This document shows positions 9,201-17,556 of a DNA stretch of 64,000 bases, one piece after another. Under the pieces are notes generated by a model. That model did not search any database. It was not told the DNA's origin and was given only the letters and a program-made list of their open reading frames with translations. Source of the stretch: a virus; IMG/VR virus record IMGVR_UViG_3300032286_001377, positions 1 through 64,000 of that record. One strand, 5' to 3'. The translations under genes were made by a program, and so were the position numbers. Each line of letters begins with the position of its first letter. Positions within the stretch are counted from its first letter, which is position 1.

Positions 9201-10019
9201 TTAATTAGCAATATTGGCCATCTGTTCAGCAAAAACTTTATATCTTGCTGCAGTCACGGGACCGTATATGCCATCAGCAGTAATCTTAAGAGTAAACTGC
9301 ATCCTAACGACAGCATCATGTGTCATAGGGCCAAACCATCCATCACACTTCGCTGTTTTAGGATACCATCCCCAAAACTGCATAATCTGCTGTAGTTTTG
9401 CAACCTCAGGACCAGTCATATTAATAGGCTTAACCAATCTCAACGTTGGCGCAGGAACTACAACAATAGGCTTCGGAGGCTTTGGAGTTGGTGTGATAGG
9501 AGTCCCGCCAAATACATGCAATGGGACCATATTCGCTTTAAAATTACGTCTACTATTAGGAATTTCTCCAGGCTGCAAGTGCCAAGGTTCACCATTAATG
9601 TCACCAAAATGACGAAGACCATATTTAGCTGCAAGCTTATCAGCATATAAGATATCACCAATCATATCAACAGCTAAGCAGTGCCCCTCAGGCGTGCATG
9701 GTTCGTGATAGCTAAGCCCTGGAGGTGCAGCATTAGCAACACCAGGTTTACGCTCCCAAAACTTTCCCTCCCAGAAAACATCACCAGTATAATCTGAATC
9801 ATCTTCTACAATATATCTACTCAGGAAAAGATTCCTTTGCGCATCGGTAGACCTCCAGCCACCACCAATACCAATATTTTTACCAGCAGCAATGCATTCA
9901 TCCATAAGTGCTAGAAGTCTACGTCTAAACTCTGGCTCAAATCTTAACCAAACACTCCAGCTCAAAAGCTGTTGACGAGTCATAGTTTTACCGGAATAAC
10001 CTGTCATATAAACGGACAT
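9201..10019 (-). CDS. Endolysin: M15 peptidase plus Pro linker plus peptidoglycan-binding domain
   Basis: WRSTDAQ, APPGLSYH, LAVD, EPWHLQ; C-terminal G.EV..LQ...DGWFGPMT..AV..Q....ADGIYGP.T; start at 10019 after RBS AGGAG. Confidence 0.85.
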   Translation of the reverse strand: MSVYMTGYSGKTMTRQQLLSWSVWLRFEPEFRRRLLALMDECIAAGKNIGIGGGWRSTDAQRNLFLSRYIVEDDSDYTGDVFWEGKFWERKPGVANAAPPGLSYHEPCTPEGHCLAVDMIGDILYADKLAAKYGLRHFGDINGEPWHLQPGEIPNSRRNFKANMVPLHVFGGTPITPTPKPPKPIVVVPAPTLRLVKPINMTGPEVAKLQQIMQFWGWYPKTAKCDGWFGPMTHDAVVRMQFTLKITADGIYGPVTAARYKVFAEQMANIAN

Positions 10020-10029
10020 CTTTTTTCTC

Positions 10030-10236
10030 CTACTTATTCTTTTTTTTCTTATTAATCTTAGATAATGTCTTAGCAAGATTCGCTTGCTTAACTGTCAACT
10101 TACTGTACTTAGAAGGGTTCGCAGTAACCTTAGAAGCCATAGCTGCAACAGAAACACCCTTCTTTTTTGCTTTTGCGGTGAAAGCACCAGGTCTTTTTAT
10201 AGCTCCCTGGATCCAATTCTTTTTTTTCTGAGCCAT
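10030..10236 (-). CDS. Small highly basic protein
   Basis: KKNWIQGAIKRPGAF...QANLAKTL; Lys-rich, coupled to its neighbours. Confidence 0.75.
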   Translation of the reverse strand: MAQKKKNWIQGAIKRPGAFTAKAKKKGVSVAAMASKVTANPSKYSKLTVKQANLAKTLSKINKKKKNK

Positions 10237-10520
10237 TACTTCTTTCCTTTTCTATTGCTAAATGTTGAAACATTTTTTGGGGGTTGACCTTTAGTTCCTT
10301 TTCTCGGGGTACCAGAAGACCTTTTTCTTTGAACTGCAGACTTGCGCTGCGAACTACTCATAGAGTTAGCTTTCGCGACTGGCACACATTTTGCATATCC
10401 ACTACCATTAGCGCCAGATGTTCCACACGATTGCCACTTACCATTTTTTTTAGGAGCACCAATATTTACCCACTTCTGATTAAACCATTTGGTTAAACCA
10501 ACACCTTTAGGTCCAGCCAT
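10236..10520 (-). CDS. Small basic protein
   Basis: GLTKWFNQKWVNI...C...KCVP..KA. Confidence 0.75.
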   Translation of the reverse strand: MAGPKGVGLTKWFNQKWVNIGAPKKNGKWQSCGTSGANGSGYAKCVPVAKANSMSSSQRKSAVQRKRSSGTPRKGTKGQPPKNVSTFSNRKGKK

Positions 10521-10522
10521 TA

Positions 10523-10699
10523 TTATTTCTTTCCAGACTTTTTAGTGCTTATAGTTTTCCACGTTCCTCCAGAAGCTTTATATTTTTTTGCTGCCCACGC
10601 ATTTGCATAGGCCGAAGGGTAAACATCAAACTTGGATTTAGCTTGCGACTTAACGCGAGACCAAAGAGCCGGATTTTTAGGAACATTTTTTTTAACCAT
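10523..10699 (-). CDS. Small basic protein (58 aa)
   Basis: Not in the track: MVKKNVPKNPALWSRVKSQAKSKFDVYPSAYANAWAAKKYKASGGTWKTISTKKSGKK, with RBS AGGAG. Confidence 0.8.
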   Translation of the reverse strand: MVKKNVPKNPALWSRVKSQAKSKFDVYPSAYANAWAAKKYKASGGTWKTISTKKSGKK

Positions 10700-10744
10700 T
10701 TATCTCTTACTCCTAATTGAATATATTCTAATTAATAGAATTTA

Positions 10745-10852
10745 TCACATCATCTTCTTCTTTTTAGCTGATCCCATCTTCTTAGGGGCAGCCATCTTCT
10801 TTGCTGAACCCATCTTCTTATAGGATCCCATCTTCTTAGCCTTCTTCATCAT
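10745..10852 (-). CDS. 35-aa Lys/Met-rich repeat peptide
   Basis: Not in the track: MMKKAKKMGSYKKMGSAKKMAAPKKMGSAKKKKMM, with strong RBS GGAGGTG and an 18-bp repeat unit. Confidence 0.7.
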   Translation of the reverse strand: MMKKAKKMGSYKKMGSAKKMAAPKKMGSAKKKKMM

Positions 10853-10864
10853 ATTAAACACCTC

Positions 10865-11152
10865 CTACCATTTCACTTTATTACTCCAATATGCTGCGGA
10901 CATTTTGCCCTTAGCAATATTATCGGCGTGTCGCGCCTTAAATGACTCCCTACGCTTACGATATGATTCCGACTCTCCCTCTTTTTTGGGAGAACCAGAA
11001 ACACCTTGTTGGCCAAATCTAATAGTCTTAACCTTATCTCCAGACTTCGCAACAACGATATGTGACTTAGTTGGATGATTAGGAGTGCGCTTTGGTTTAT
11101 TAAACCCGCTTACTCCCGCCCTTGCGAGTCTTGGATCTTTTCTTGCTGCCAT
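10865..11152 (-). CDS. Small basic protein
   Basis: GFNKPKRTPNHPTKSHIVVAK.GD.VKTIRFGQQG...RRESFKARH...SAAYWS..VKW. Confidence 0.8.
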   Translation of the reverse strand: MAARKDPRLARAGVSGFNKPKRTPNHPTKSHIVVAKSGDKVKTIRFGQQGVSGSPKKEGESESYRKRRESFKARHADNIAKGKMSAAYWSNKVKW

Positions 11153-11243
11153 TAGATTTACTTCCTTTAATTTCTAAACCTTTTAAAAAATTATTAGTTC
11201 CCATTCTAGGACCTGGTACATAAGTATTCTTTTTAGAACTCAT
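11100..11243 (-). CDS. Possible small basic peptide
   Basis: MSSKKNTYVPGPRMGTNNFLKG...; overlaps the next gene by 53 bp, so uncertain. Confidence 0.4.
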   Translation of the reverse strand: MSSKKNTYVPGPRMGTNNFLKGLEIKGSKSNGSKKRSKTRKGGSKRV

Positions 11244-11259
11244 ATTAAATTTTCTATGG

Positions 11260-11436
11260 TTACTTCTTTTTCTTTTTCTTAAGTCTTGCTGCAGAAGACA
11301 GTGCAATAGCGATAGCTTGCTTCTTAGACTTTACTACTGGTCCACCCTTACCTGAATGTAAGCCACCTTTTTTAAATTCGTCCATAACAGAAACAATTTT
11401 TTTCTGTCTAGCTGTTGCTTTCTTTTTAGCTGGCAC
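11260..11436 (-). CDS. Small basic protein (DUF6496-like)
   Basis: Not in the track: GTG start, MPAKKKATARQKKIVSVMDEFKKGGLHSGKGGPVVKSKKQAIAIALSSAARLKKKKKK. Confidence 0.75.
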   Translation of the reverse strand: MPAKKKATARQKKIVSVMDEFKKGGLHSGKGGPVVKSKKQAIAIALSSAARLKKKKKK

Positions 11437-11442
11437 AACAAC

Positions 11443-11553
11443 TCACTTACCCTGTTGAGGTGGAGGAGTTTTTTTAAGATCCTGAACATTAATGAAAGAA
11501 TCTTTAATAGTTTTAAGATAATTGTTATCTTTCTTAGAACCTTTATCAGCCAT
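11443..11553 (-). CDS. 36-aa basic peptide
   Basis: Not in the track: MADKGSKKDNNYLKTIKDSFINVQDLKKTPPPQQGK, RBS AGGAG, directly after the TTACTATA motif. Confidence 0.65.
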   Translation of the reverse strand: MADKGSKKDNNYLKTIKDSFINVQDLKKTPPPQQGK

Positions 11554-11580
11554 ATACACTCCTATACTTGAATATATATT

Positions 11581-11588
11581 TATAGTAA
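11581..11588 (-). promoter_or_regulatory. TTACTATA motif, putative phage late promoter
   Basis: Sits just after a terminator and ahead of the basic-protein/endolysin cluster. Confidence 0.6.
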
Positions 11589-11599
11589 CCCTCAAATGC

Positions 11600-11623
11600 A
11601 AAAAGAGAGGCGTAAGCCTCTCT
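11600..11623 (-). terminator. Rho-independent terminator
   Basis: AGAGAGGC-TTAC-GCCTCTCT followed by TTTT. Confidence 0.8.
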
Positions 11624-11650
11624 CAATGCTATATCTATATTTTTAAGAAA

Positions 11651-11974
11651 TCAATCTTTAACAGGAGGAGTTGCCTTCTTTGCTGGAGCTTTCTTAGTTG
11701 TAGCTTTCGGTCTGCCTGGCTTCTTTTTTGGCTCGTCAAACACCTCTTTAACTACAGGTGCCTCAGAAATTATTAACTCAACTGAATCTTTCTCAATCTT
11801 TACTTGTGAAGTCAAATCTTTTTCTGGCTCAATTATTACATTGATAACATTCTTATCATCAATATCGTGGCCACCAATTTTCTGTGCTTCATCAAGAGCA
11901 ATAGGATTATTAACAAATTTATCAACATATATTAAATATAATTTATTTTTAAGTTTTTTAATTGAATTAAACAT
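11651..11974 (-). CDS. Hypothetical protein with basic C-terminal tail
   Basis: Ends KKKPGRPKATTKKAPAKKAT (AT-hook/histone-like); likely start MFNSIKK. Confidence 0.6.
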   Translation of the reverse strand: MFNSIKKLKNKLYLIYVDKFVNNPIALDEAQKIGGHDIDDKNVINVIIEPEKDLTSQVKIEKDSVELIISEAPVVKEVFDEPKKKPGRPKATTKKAPAKKATPPVKD

Positions 11975-12503
11975 TTTTTTCCTCATTGTTTTCAATAGGC
12001 TTAATAAGCTTAAGTGTACTAGTTATATGATTTGATAATTTAGAATCTATACAACTAACTTTACTTTCTAAGCTATCAACTTTTTCGTCTATATGATTAT
12101 AGAGACTTAAAACTCTTGTGTCAAGTCTTTCACCCAAAGTATGAATTCTATCTTCAATAACATTAAATTGACTTAATATACCCTGCGGTTCCTGTAACTT
12201 CGTTGGCATAGAATCCCACTGTTCTTTCCATGTGACCAAACCCCTAACAGTGTCATAAGTAGATGCAACCATATCAAAAAGTCTATCTTGACCAGGTTTT
12301 CTGTGATTAACTGCATCATTGACTTCGGCAGAATGTTTAGCGCTAGATCTCGCATGCTTTTGTGCCATATAGCTAAAAAAACCAGTTAATATAACACCGC
12401 TTGCAGATATTAGAGCAAGTATAATAACAACAATAGGTGAATCAGAAGTGGTGGTAGCTTGACTAGTTGTGGTGGTTGCAAAAACTGCTAGAGAATTTAA
12501 CAT
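11967..12503 (-). CDS. Membrane protein with one TM helix and a coiled coil
   Basis: IVVIILALISASGVILTGFFSYM TM segment; heptad-like C-terminus. Confidence 0.6.
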   Translation of the reverse strand: MLNSLAVFATTTTSQATTTSDSPIVVIILALISASGVILTGFFSYMAQKHARSSAKHSAEVNDAVNHRKPGQDRLFDMVASTYDTVRGLVTWKEQWDSMPTKLQEPQGILSQFNVIEDRIHTLGERLDTRVLSLYNHIDEKVDSLESKVSCIDSKLSNHITSTLKLIKPIENNEEKNV

Positions 12504-12537
12504 AATTATATCGCCCAGATGTGTTAAATCGTGACAA

Positions 12538-12545
12538 TATAGTAA
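12538..12545 (-). promoter_or_regulatory. TTACTATA motif, putative phage late promoter
   Basis: Intergenic, about 35 bp upstream of the ATG at 12503. Confidence 0.55.
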
Positions 12546-12559
12546 TGTTTTTTAAACAA

Positions 12560-12883
12560 TTAATTACCCTGCTGAGCTTCTTTAATTAAATTATATCTTT
12601 CACCAGTCTCTTTAGCCATTAGAGAAAAGGCATAGGTAGCTGCATCATGGATAGCCTCTTTTAATTCTCCTTTATCTTCGTATGAAAATCCATCTAAAGG
12701 CAAAGTTATACCTGCATACACGTCGATATTCTCATAATTTCCGATATTAATTTTTCTATTTACTCCACAAATAAAAATCGGAGCTGAAGAAGTTGACAAT
12801 ATTTCACTACTCAAATTTGTTACCACCTGATCTAAAGGAGAATCTAATGATTGTTCCATTGCTGTTTTACTTATCTTAGGCAT
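12560..12883 (-). CDS. Hypothetical phage protein
   Basis: Coupled ORF containing a KINIGNYENID motif. Confidence 0.6.
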   Translation of the reverse strand: MPKISKTAMEQSLDSPLDQVVTNLSSEILSTSSAPIFICGVNRKINIGNYENIDVYAGITLPLDGFSYEDKGELKEAIHDAATYAFSLMAKETGERYNLIKEAQQGN

Positions 12884-13661
12884 AGATGCCCATCATTTCA
12901 TTAACTATATTAATAGTTTCCTTAGTTTGCTGAGCGATTGTTAAATTATCTGTATCAATAATAGCAGACGCCATTTCTTTAATCGTTTCAATTTGCTGCT
13001 CTGACTTGTGATTCTTTTGTTCAGCGGTCATATGTACTCCATCTCTATCAAGGATTCTAGAATCCCTAACTTCCTCAGAAGCATCGAAGCAAATCAGAAT
13101 TCCATTATCTTGATTTAAGATGAACTGAGCCTCATTTACAAATCTTACATCAGAGATTATAACACAAAAAGGATTTGACTCGTTATACATTGAGTCATTC
13201 CTAATGTATTCTCTATATAATTTATGTGACTTAGCAATAGCCCATCTAGCAAAACAATCTTCATCTACTTCTCTACAAACATCGCCAGCTTTCTGCAAGA
13301 AGGATCTAGGCTTAATATCTTCCGGATTAAATGGAAGAGAATAAATATCTTTCACAATATTAATTAATACATCATAGTCTGGAACATTCCCAATTGGGGA
13401 ACCGCCAAATAGATCATATATTACACTATGCAGGGAATATAATTGTCTTTCTCTTTCCCTAAGCCCACGTATATTCTTTTTAGCTGAAGCCATTTCATAC
13501 AATGGAAGAGCAAAGAATATATGATCCCAAGTAATACCATTTGAAATTGTATTGATCTGCGCTCTGGGTACAAGAGTTTCCGCTACAGATGTTTTACCTG
13601 TAGCTGCTGCTCCAGCTAAACCTAAAATAATTGGTTGATTTGGATCTATTATTTTCTTCAT
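12876..13661 (-). CDS. Deoxynucleoside monophosphate kinase
   Basis: ILGLAGAAATGKTS P-loop, FALPL, PRSFLQKAG, IISDVRFVNE, HKSE. Confidence 0.85.
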   Translation of the reverse strand: MKKIIDPNQPIILGLAGAAATGKTSVAETLVPRAQINTISNGITWDHIFFALPLYEMASAKKNIRGLRERERQLYSLHSVIYDLFGGSPIGNVPDYDVLINIVKDIYSLPFNPEDIKPRSFLQKAGDVCREVDEDCFARWAIAKSHKLYREYIRNDSMYNESNPFCVIISDVRFVNEAQFILNQDNGILICFDASEEVRDSRILDRDGVHMTAEQKNHKSEQQIETIKEMASAIIDTDNLTIAQQTKETINIVNEMMGIYA

Positions 13662-13677
13662 ATTAATATTACACCAT

Positions 13678-14118
13678 TCATTGTTTGTTAATATTATCTT
13701 TACGTTGTTCTAATTCATCTAAAAATGTATTTGCTAAGAAATCTGCTTCCCAAACAAAACTTCTATTAACCTGAACTACTCTAAAATTAAATTCAGATCT
13801 TATTTCTTCGATTGTCATCAAAAGTGGTATTAAAGAATCATTCTTACATTTCCATTTACCACTAATATGATTTGCTACTACTGCAGAATCTGTATAAATA
13901 ATTGGATCATACAAATCGCCCATTGAACATATAAGTAGACCTGCAATTACAGCTTCATATTCTGCTTCATTATTTGTTCTAGGGCCTAGACCTCTAGCGA
14001 ATTGGGCTATCTTCTTTCTATTTTTATAGACCACTGTAGCACATGAAGCTTCGCCAAATTTCTTCTGGCCCTGACCCCTAGATGCTCCATCGCAAAAAAC
14101 TTCTATATTCATAGCCAT
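13678..14118 (-). CDS. rnhA: Ribonuclease HI
   Basis: FCDGASRG, TNNEAEYEAVIAGL, YTDS, ADFLAN. Confidence 0.9.
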   Translation of the reverse strand: MAMNIEVFCDGASRGQGQKKFGEASCATVVYKNRKKIAQFARGLGPRTNNEAEYEAVIAGLLICSMGDLYDPIIYTDSAVVANHISGKWKCKNDSLIPLLMTIEEIRSEFNFRVVQVNRSFVWEADFLANTFLDELEQRKDNINKQ

Positions 14119-14327
14119 CAATCAATCTTCACGTTGTACTCAACGCCCTGATTCTCTACAGTAGATAATATTCTTTTAAATTGATTTTGCGAACTAACTT
14201 GTATAGTTCTATTTAAAAGATATCTTTCTCCCTTATAAACAACCTGTGTTGGAAAATTTAAATTATCTCTAGTGTCAGAATAAAATTCTTTTGAAGACTT
14301 AGTATTTTTATAGTGAGCAATAAACAT
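14118..14327 (-). CDS. Hypothetical protein
   Basis: Start MFIAHY after RBS AAGGA; TGATG coupling to RNase H. Confidence 0.6.
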   Translation of the reverse strand: MFIAHYKNTKSSKEFYSDTRDNLNFPTQVVYKGERYLLNRTIQVSSQNQFKRILSTVENQGVEYNVKID

Positions 14328-14334
14328 AAAATCC

Positions 14335-14850
14335 TTAATATGTACTAAAATCAGATTCCATATATGCACCTTTTTCTTCTCTGAAAGAGGCTATTTGCAT
14401 AGACTGAATCTTATCCATAAGTTTTCTAGCTGACTCAGAAGCAATTCTGGCAGAAGTCTCAAGAGATTCAGCCAGACTGACAATAGCATCACATGTAACT
14501 AGAGCAGTATATTCTTCTTCTGCTGCAGAGATTGCTGAAGCTTCTCTTTCTGCTTCATTTTTTCCAACTCTATTAGCTTTATAAACTTTCTTATAATTAC
14601 CTTCGATTATTTTAAATTGTGCTCTAGCAATTCCAGCGAATCTTGCTGCACGCCCGTATACATTCGACGTACGAGCGACTAATGAGGCAATCTTATCAAG
14701 ACCAAGATCGATAACATCAGTCTCTGGTATCTCTACAAAGTAGTTACTTTGACTATCCATTCTACTATATGCATCAATAACTTCTCTAAGTTGTGGTCCT
14801 AGGAAATCTTTTAATAAGTCTTGCAATTTCTCCATTGATTGGAGGTTCAT
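14335..14850 (-). CDS. Hypothetical helical/coiled-coil protein
   Basis: Ala-rich long helices, between the sigma factor and RNase H. Confidence 0.6.
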   Translation of the reverse strand: MNLQSMEKLQDLLKDFLGPQLREVIDAYSRMDSQSNYFVEIPETDVIDLGLDKIASLVARTSNVYGRAARFAGIARAQFKIIEGNYKKVYKANRVGKNEAEREASAISAAEEEYTALVTCDAIVSLAESLETSARIASESARKLMDKIQSMQIASFREEKGAYMESDFSTY

Positions 14851-14851
14851 A

Positions 14852-15697
14852 TCATTTCTCCATCTTAATAAGTGAAGTAAATTCTATCATATCTAACTCT
14901 AGAATTGCATCTTTAATCTTGTTTTTAATTTTTGAAAGGTGTTCACGTACTGTATTTGGATGTTCATTTATTTTCTGCGATATTTCGCTAGACCTTTGCC
15001 CATCTACAAATCTCCATTTTAAAAGCTGTCGCTCTTGTACACTAAGTCTATCAAAAGGAATCATATTCTTTTCGCCAAGGACCCAAAACTCATCTATCTT
15101 TTCGGCAGCAAGTAGTTGCTCGATACTATACTCTACAGGATCTGCTTTAAATCCTATCACAAAATTCTCATCGCTTTCATCCATAGTTGCATCATCGGCT
15201 AATAATGGAAAAGTTTTTCTTCCAAGCTGATCAATTAAGAATACATCCACGTTCTTTTTTAACAGATAAAAGAAATAACTGTACAAGAAACCACTAAAAG
15301 GGATAGGACCCTTTCTCTCATATCTTGTTATACATTGAAAGAAGGTCATATGGACTGTCTGTCTAATATCTTCTTCATCACAATATCTTTTAGTCATATA
15401 ATGTATACCTCTCATGCATTCATTGATATGTTTCAATTGTGTATTATTCATTTTATTTTTCATTAACGCAAAACGTACAAATGGATCTTTTATAAAAAGA
15501 GAAATAAATCTTCTAATATCATAATCATTTAAATTAAACTTTCCATGATGCAATAATGAAACATACTTAGTTAAAAAATTATGGAAAACATTTAACAACT
15601 CTTCTTGAGATTTCTTCATTCCTCTTTTTGCGTCAGCTATAAGAGCCTGCATCTCTTCTTCTTCAAGAGAATAATATTGCTCCTTGAAACTACTCAT
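14852..15697 (-). CDS. Phage sigma-70-like factor
   Basis: Region 2-like (EEDIRQTVHMTFFQCITRYE...FSGFLY) and region 4 HTH (LSVQERQLLKWRF.DG....EIS......NTVREHL). Confidence 0.75.
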   Translation of the reverse strand: MSSFKEQYYSLEEEEMQALIADAKRGMKKSQEELLNVFHNFLTKYVSLLHHGKFNLNDYDIRRFISLFIKDPFVRFALMKNKMNNTQLKHINECMRGIHYMTKRYCDEEDIRQTVHMTFFQCITRYERKGPIPFSGFLYSYFFYLLKKNVDVFLIDQLGRKTFPLLADDATMDESDENFVIGFKADPVEYSIEQLLAAEKIDEFWVLGEKNMIPFDRLSVQERQLLKWRFVDGQRSSEISQKINEHPNTVREHLSKIKNKIKDAILELDMIEFTSLIKMEK

Positions 15698-16260
15698 TTT
15701 TTCCCTTCCCAATTTATAAGATATTTACTGTACGAATCTCTTATATCTTCGTAGAAGACGATATTGGGAACTTCTAAATCAGCCATAAAATTTTTAGCTT
15801 CATTGGAATACTTACTTATCACACAAGTCATTGAACTAAATTCTTCTGGAAAATATCTCTTAAATCTTTTAAGTTTAATTTTACTTTTATCATCTAAATA
15901 ACCTTTTATTTCCAACCATTCATCATGAGCTGGAAAATAAAAATCAGGAGTGTAACCCTTTGTTCCTCTCTTTATCGGGAAAGGAAAAACTGTAGGTTCA
16001 AATTGATATTCTATTTTATATATATGTAATACTCTTACAAAATTAGCTTCCCAACTTGAACGAACATTTAAATCTATATCTTTTCTATATCCAGTTCTAG
16101 TATGCTGAAAAGCGTTACCTGCTTTTCTTTTAAGAATACCATCGTTCTCTTCTATGCCTTTGTCGATTTGTCGATTTAAAATGTTATTCAAATTAGGATG
16201 TTTTTTATAAGGAGATTTTTCCAAAAAAAAGTCCATAGAATTTGTTATATTGAGATCCAT
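15694..16260 (-). CDS. PD-(D/E)XK endonuclease (resolvase-like)
   Basis: RSSWEANF...I.Y.FEP, YTPDFY, WLEIKG. Confidence 0.75.
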   Translation of the reverse strand: MDLNITNSMDFFLEKSPYKKHPNLNNILNRQIDKGIEENDGILKRKAGNAFQHTRTGYRKDIDLNVRSSWEANFVRVLHIYKIEYQFEPTVFPFPIKRGTKGYTPDFYFPAHDEWLEIKGYLDDKSKIKLKRFKRYFPEEFSSMTCVISKYSNEAKNFMADLEVPNIVFYEDIRDSYSKYLINWEGKK

Positions 16261-16293
16261 TCTGGTATCCTGTCAAACTATAATGCTTCAAGT

Positions 16294-16322
16294 ATTATAC
16301 ACCAGTTAATAAAATTGTTCAA
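16294..16322 (-). promoter_or_regulatory. Sigma70-type promoter
   Basis: TTGAAC-N17-TATAAT upstream of the nuclease/sigma operon. Confidence 0.7.
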
Positions 16323-16327
16323 ATCAT

Positions 16328-16356
16328 TTGACAACATAACACGAAAGAGATAACAT
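16328..16356 (+). promoter_or_regulatory. Sigma70-type promoter, divergent
   Basis: TTGACA-N17-TAACAT; an ATG lies 7 nt after the -10. Confidence 0.7.
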
Positions 16357-16363
16357 ACAAGCC

Positions 16364-16537
16364 ATGAACACACTTAACACCCTCACGAACAGCATCCTCC
16401 AGTCAATCAACGAAGAGATTATTGATGATCTTGTAAACCTTGGTTTTGATCACGAGGAAGCAGTAAAAGTTGTAACCGAGTATGATGGATTTGATTTCGT
16501 TACAGATGCGATGGACAATCCTTCAGATTTATTCTGA
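16364..16537 (+). CDS. 57-aa acidic protein, leaderless; the only credible plus-strand gene
   Basis: Not in the track: MNTLNTLTNSILQSINEEIIDDLVNLGFDHEEAVKVVTEYDGFDFVTDAMDNPSDLF. It fills the gap between its own promoter and terminator. Confidence 0.8.
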   Translation: MNTLNTLTNSILQSINEEIIDDLVNLGFDHEEAVKVVTEYDGFDFVTDAMDNPSDLF

Positions 16538-16556
16538 TTTAATATAAATACCTAAC

Positions 16557-16587
16557 AAAGGGCCGGGGGTTAATCCCCCGGCTTTTT
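16557..16587. terminator. Terminator between convergent genes
   Basis: GCCGGGGG-TTAAT-CCCCCGGC then TTTTT on plus; a short A run on the other side. Confidence 0.85.
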
Positions 16588-16588
16588 G

Positions 16589-17383
16589 CTATCTATTCCT
16601 ATTCCTGTTTCTAAAAGCTCCAATCCCACATGCGCCAGAGCTTGCATGATCGCAGTAAGAACAAATTCTTCCATTAGAAGTTGGAGTAAAGTTAGTGTCA
16701 TTAATAATTTTATTAATATTATCAATTACTTTTTGTTTAACTAATTCAATTTCATCTGGAGAAAATGTGTGACCTTTTCTTTTTCCAGATCGAAGGTAAT
16801 AAAGTTCTGCATGAACTTCTTTATCCTTAAAAAGATTTGCAGCTGCAAGGGCGTATATACCGAGCTGTAAATTATTTGGAACCTCTTTAAGAGAGACTTC
16901 CCACTTACCGGTTTTATAGTCGATGATATTTACCCTATTTCCAATAATATCAACTCGATCAATAAAACCTCTTATTCTATAGGAGCCAATAACTAAATCA
17001 AATGACATTTCTTTATCAAAGATATTAAATGATTTATCACTATGCTCATCGTAAAATTCATCAAGAATAGCCCTACCGACTTGTATAAGATCGTTAGGAA
17101 TCCTATTATCAGGATCCCATTCTGGAATTATTTTTTCATACTCATCTTTTAGTTCATCTAAAAGAAGTTCTTTATCATTATCTAAAATATTTTCCAATAC
17201 TTCATGAACAATATTTCCCAAAACGGCGGGCGGATTGAACTGCCTAGGTTCTTTTAACACATAAGAATAAAAGTACTTCGCAGCACAAGAGTTATATGTA
17301 TCTATTCTTGAATAAGAAAAATCAACTAGTGCTAACTTTTCTAAATCAGATAGATGTTCAAAATTTTTAACATCAATACTCAA
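16589..17383 (-). CDS. RecB/Cas4-like PD-(D/E)XK exonuclease with Fe-S Cys motif
   Basis: FSYSRIDTY.SC, GNIVHEVLE, GFIDRVD, IIDYKTG, QLGIYA, CSYC.....C. Confidence 0.85.
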   Translation of the reverse strand: MSIDVKNFEHLSDLEKLALVDFSYSRIDTYNSCAAKYFYSYVLKEPRQFNPPAVLGNIVHEVLENILDNDKELLLDELKDEYEKIIPEWDPDNRIPNDLIQVGRAILDEFYDEHSDKSFNIFDKEMSFDLVIGSYRIRGFIDRVDIIGNRVNIIDYKTGKWEVSLKEVPNNLQLGIYALAAANLFKDKEVHAELYYLRSGKRKGHTFSPDEIELVKQKVIDNINKIINDTNFTPTSNGRICSYCDHASSGACGIGAFRNRNRNR

Positions 17384-17394
17384 AACATCTCCAG

Positions 17395-17556
17395 TTACTC
17401 ATTTGGATCGAAAATTAAATCTCCATTTTCGTCATATTCTCTACCAAGTTCATCCATTGAATGACGATTGTATTTATTAAAAAACCATCCTTCAGCAATG
17501 GGTGTCCATCCTGTATCTCCTAACTCCATAAAATCATCTTGATTATTAGGCGACAT
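17395..17556 (-). CDS. Small acidic hypothetical protein (53 aa)
   Basis: Not in the track: MSPNNQDDFMELGDTGWTPIAEGWF...DENGDLIFDPNE, RBS GGAGG. Confidence 0.7.
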   Translation of the reverse strand: MSPNNQDDFMELGDTGWTPIAEGWFFNKYNRHSMDELGREYDENGDLIFDPNE

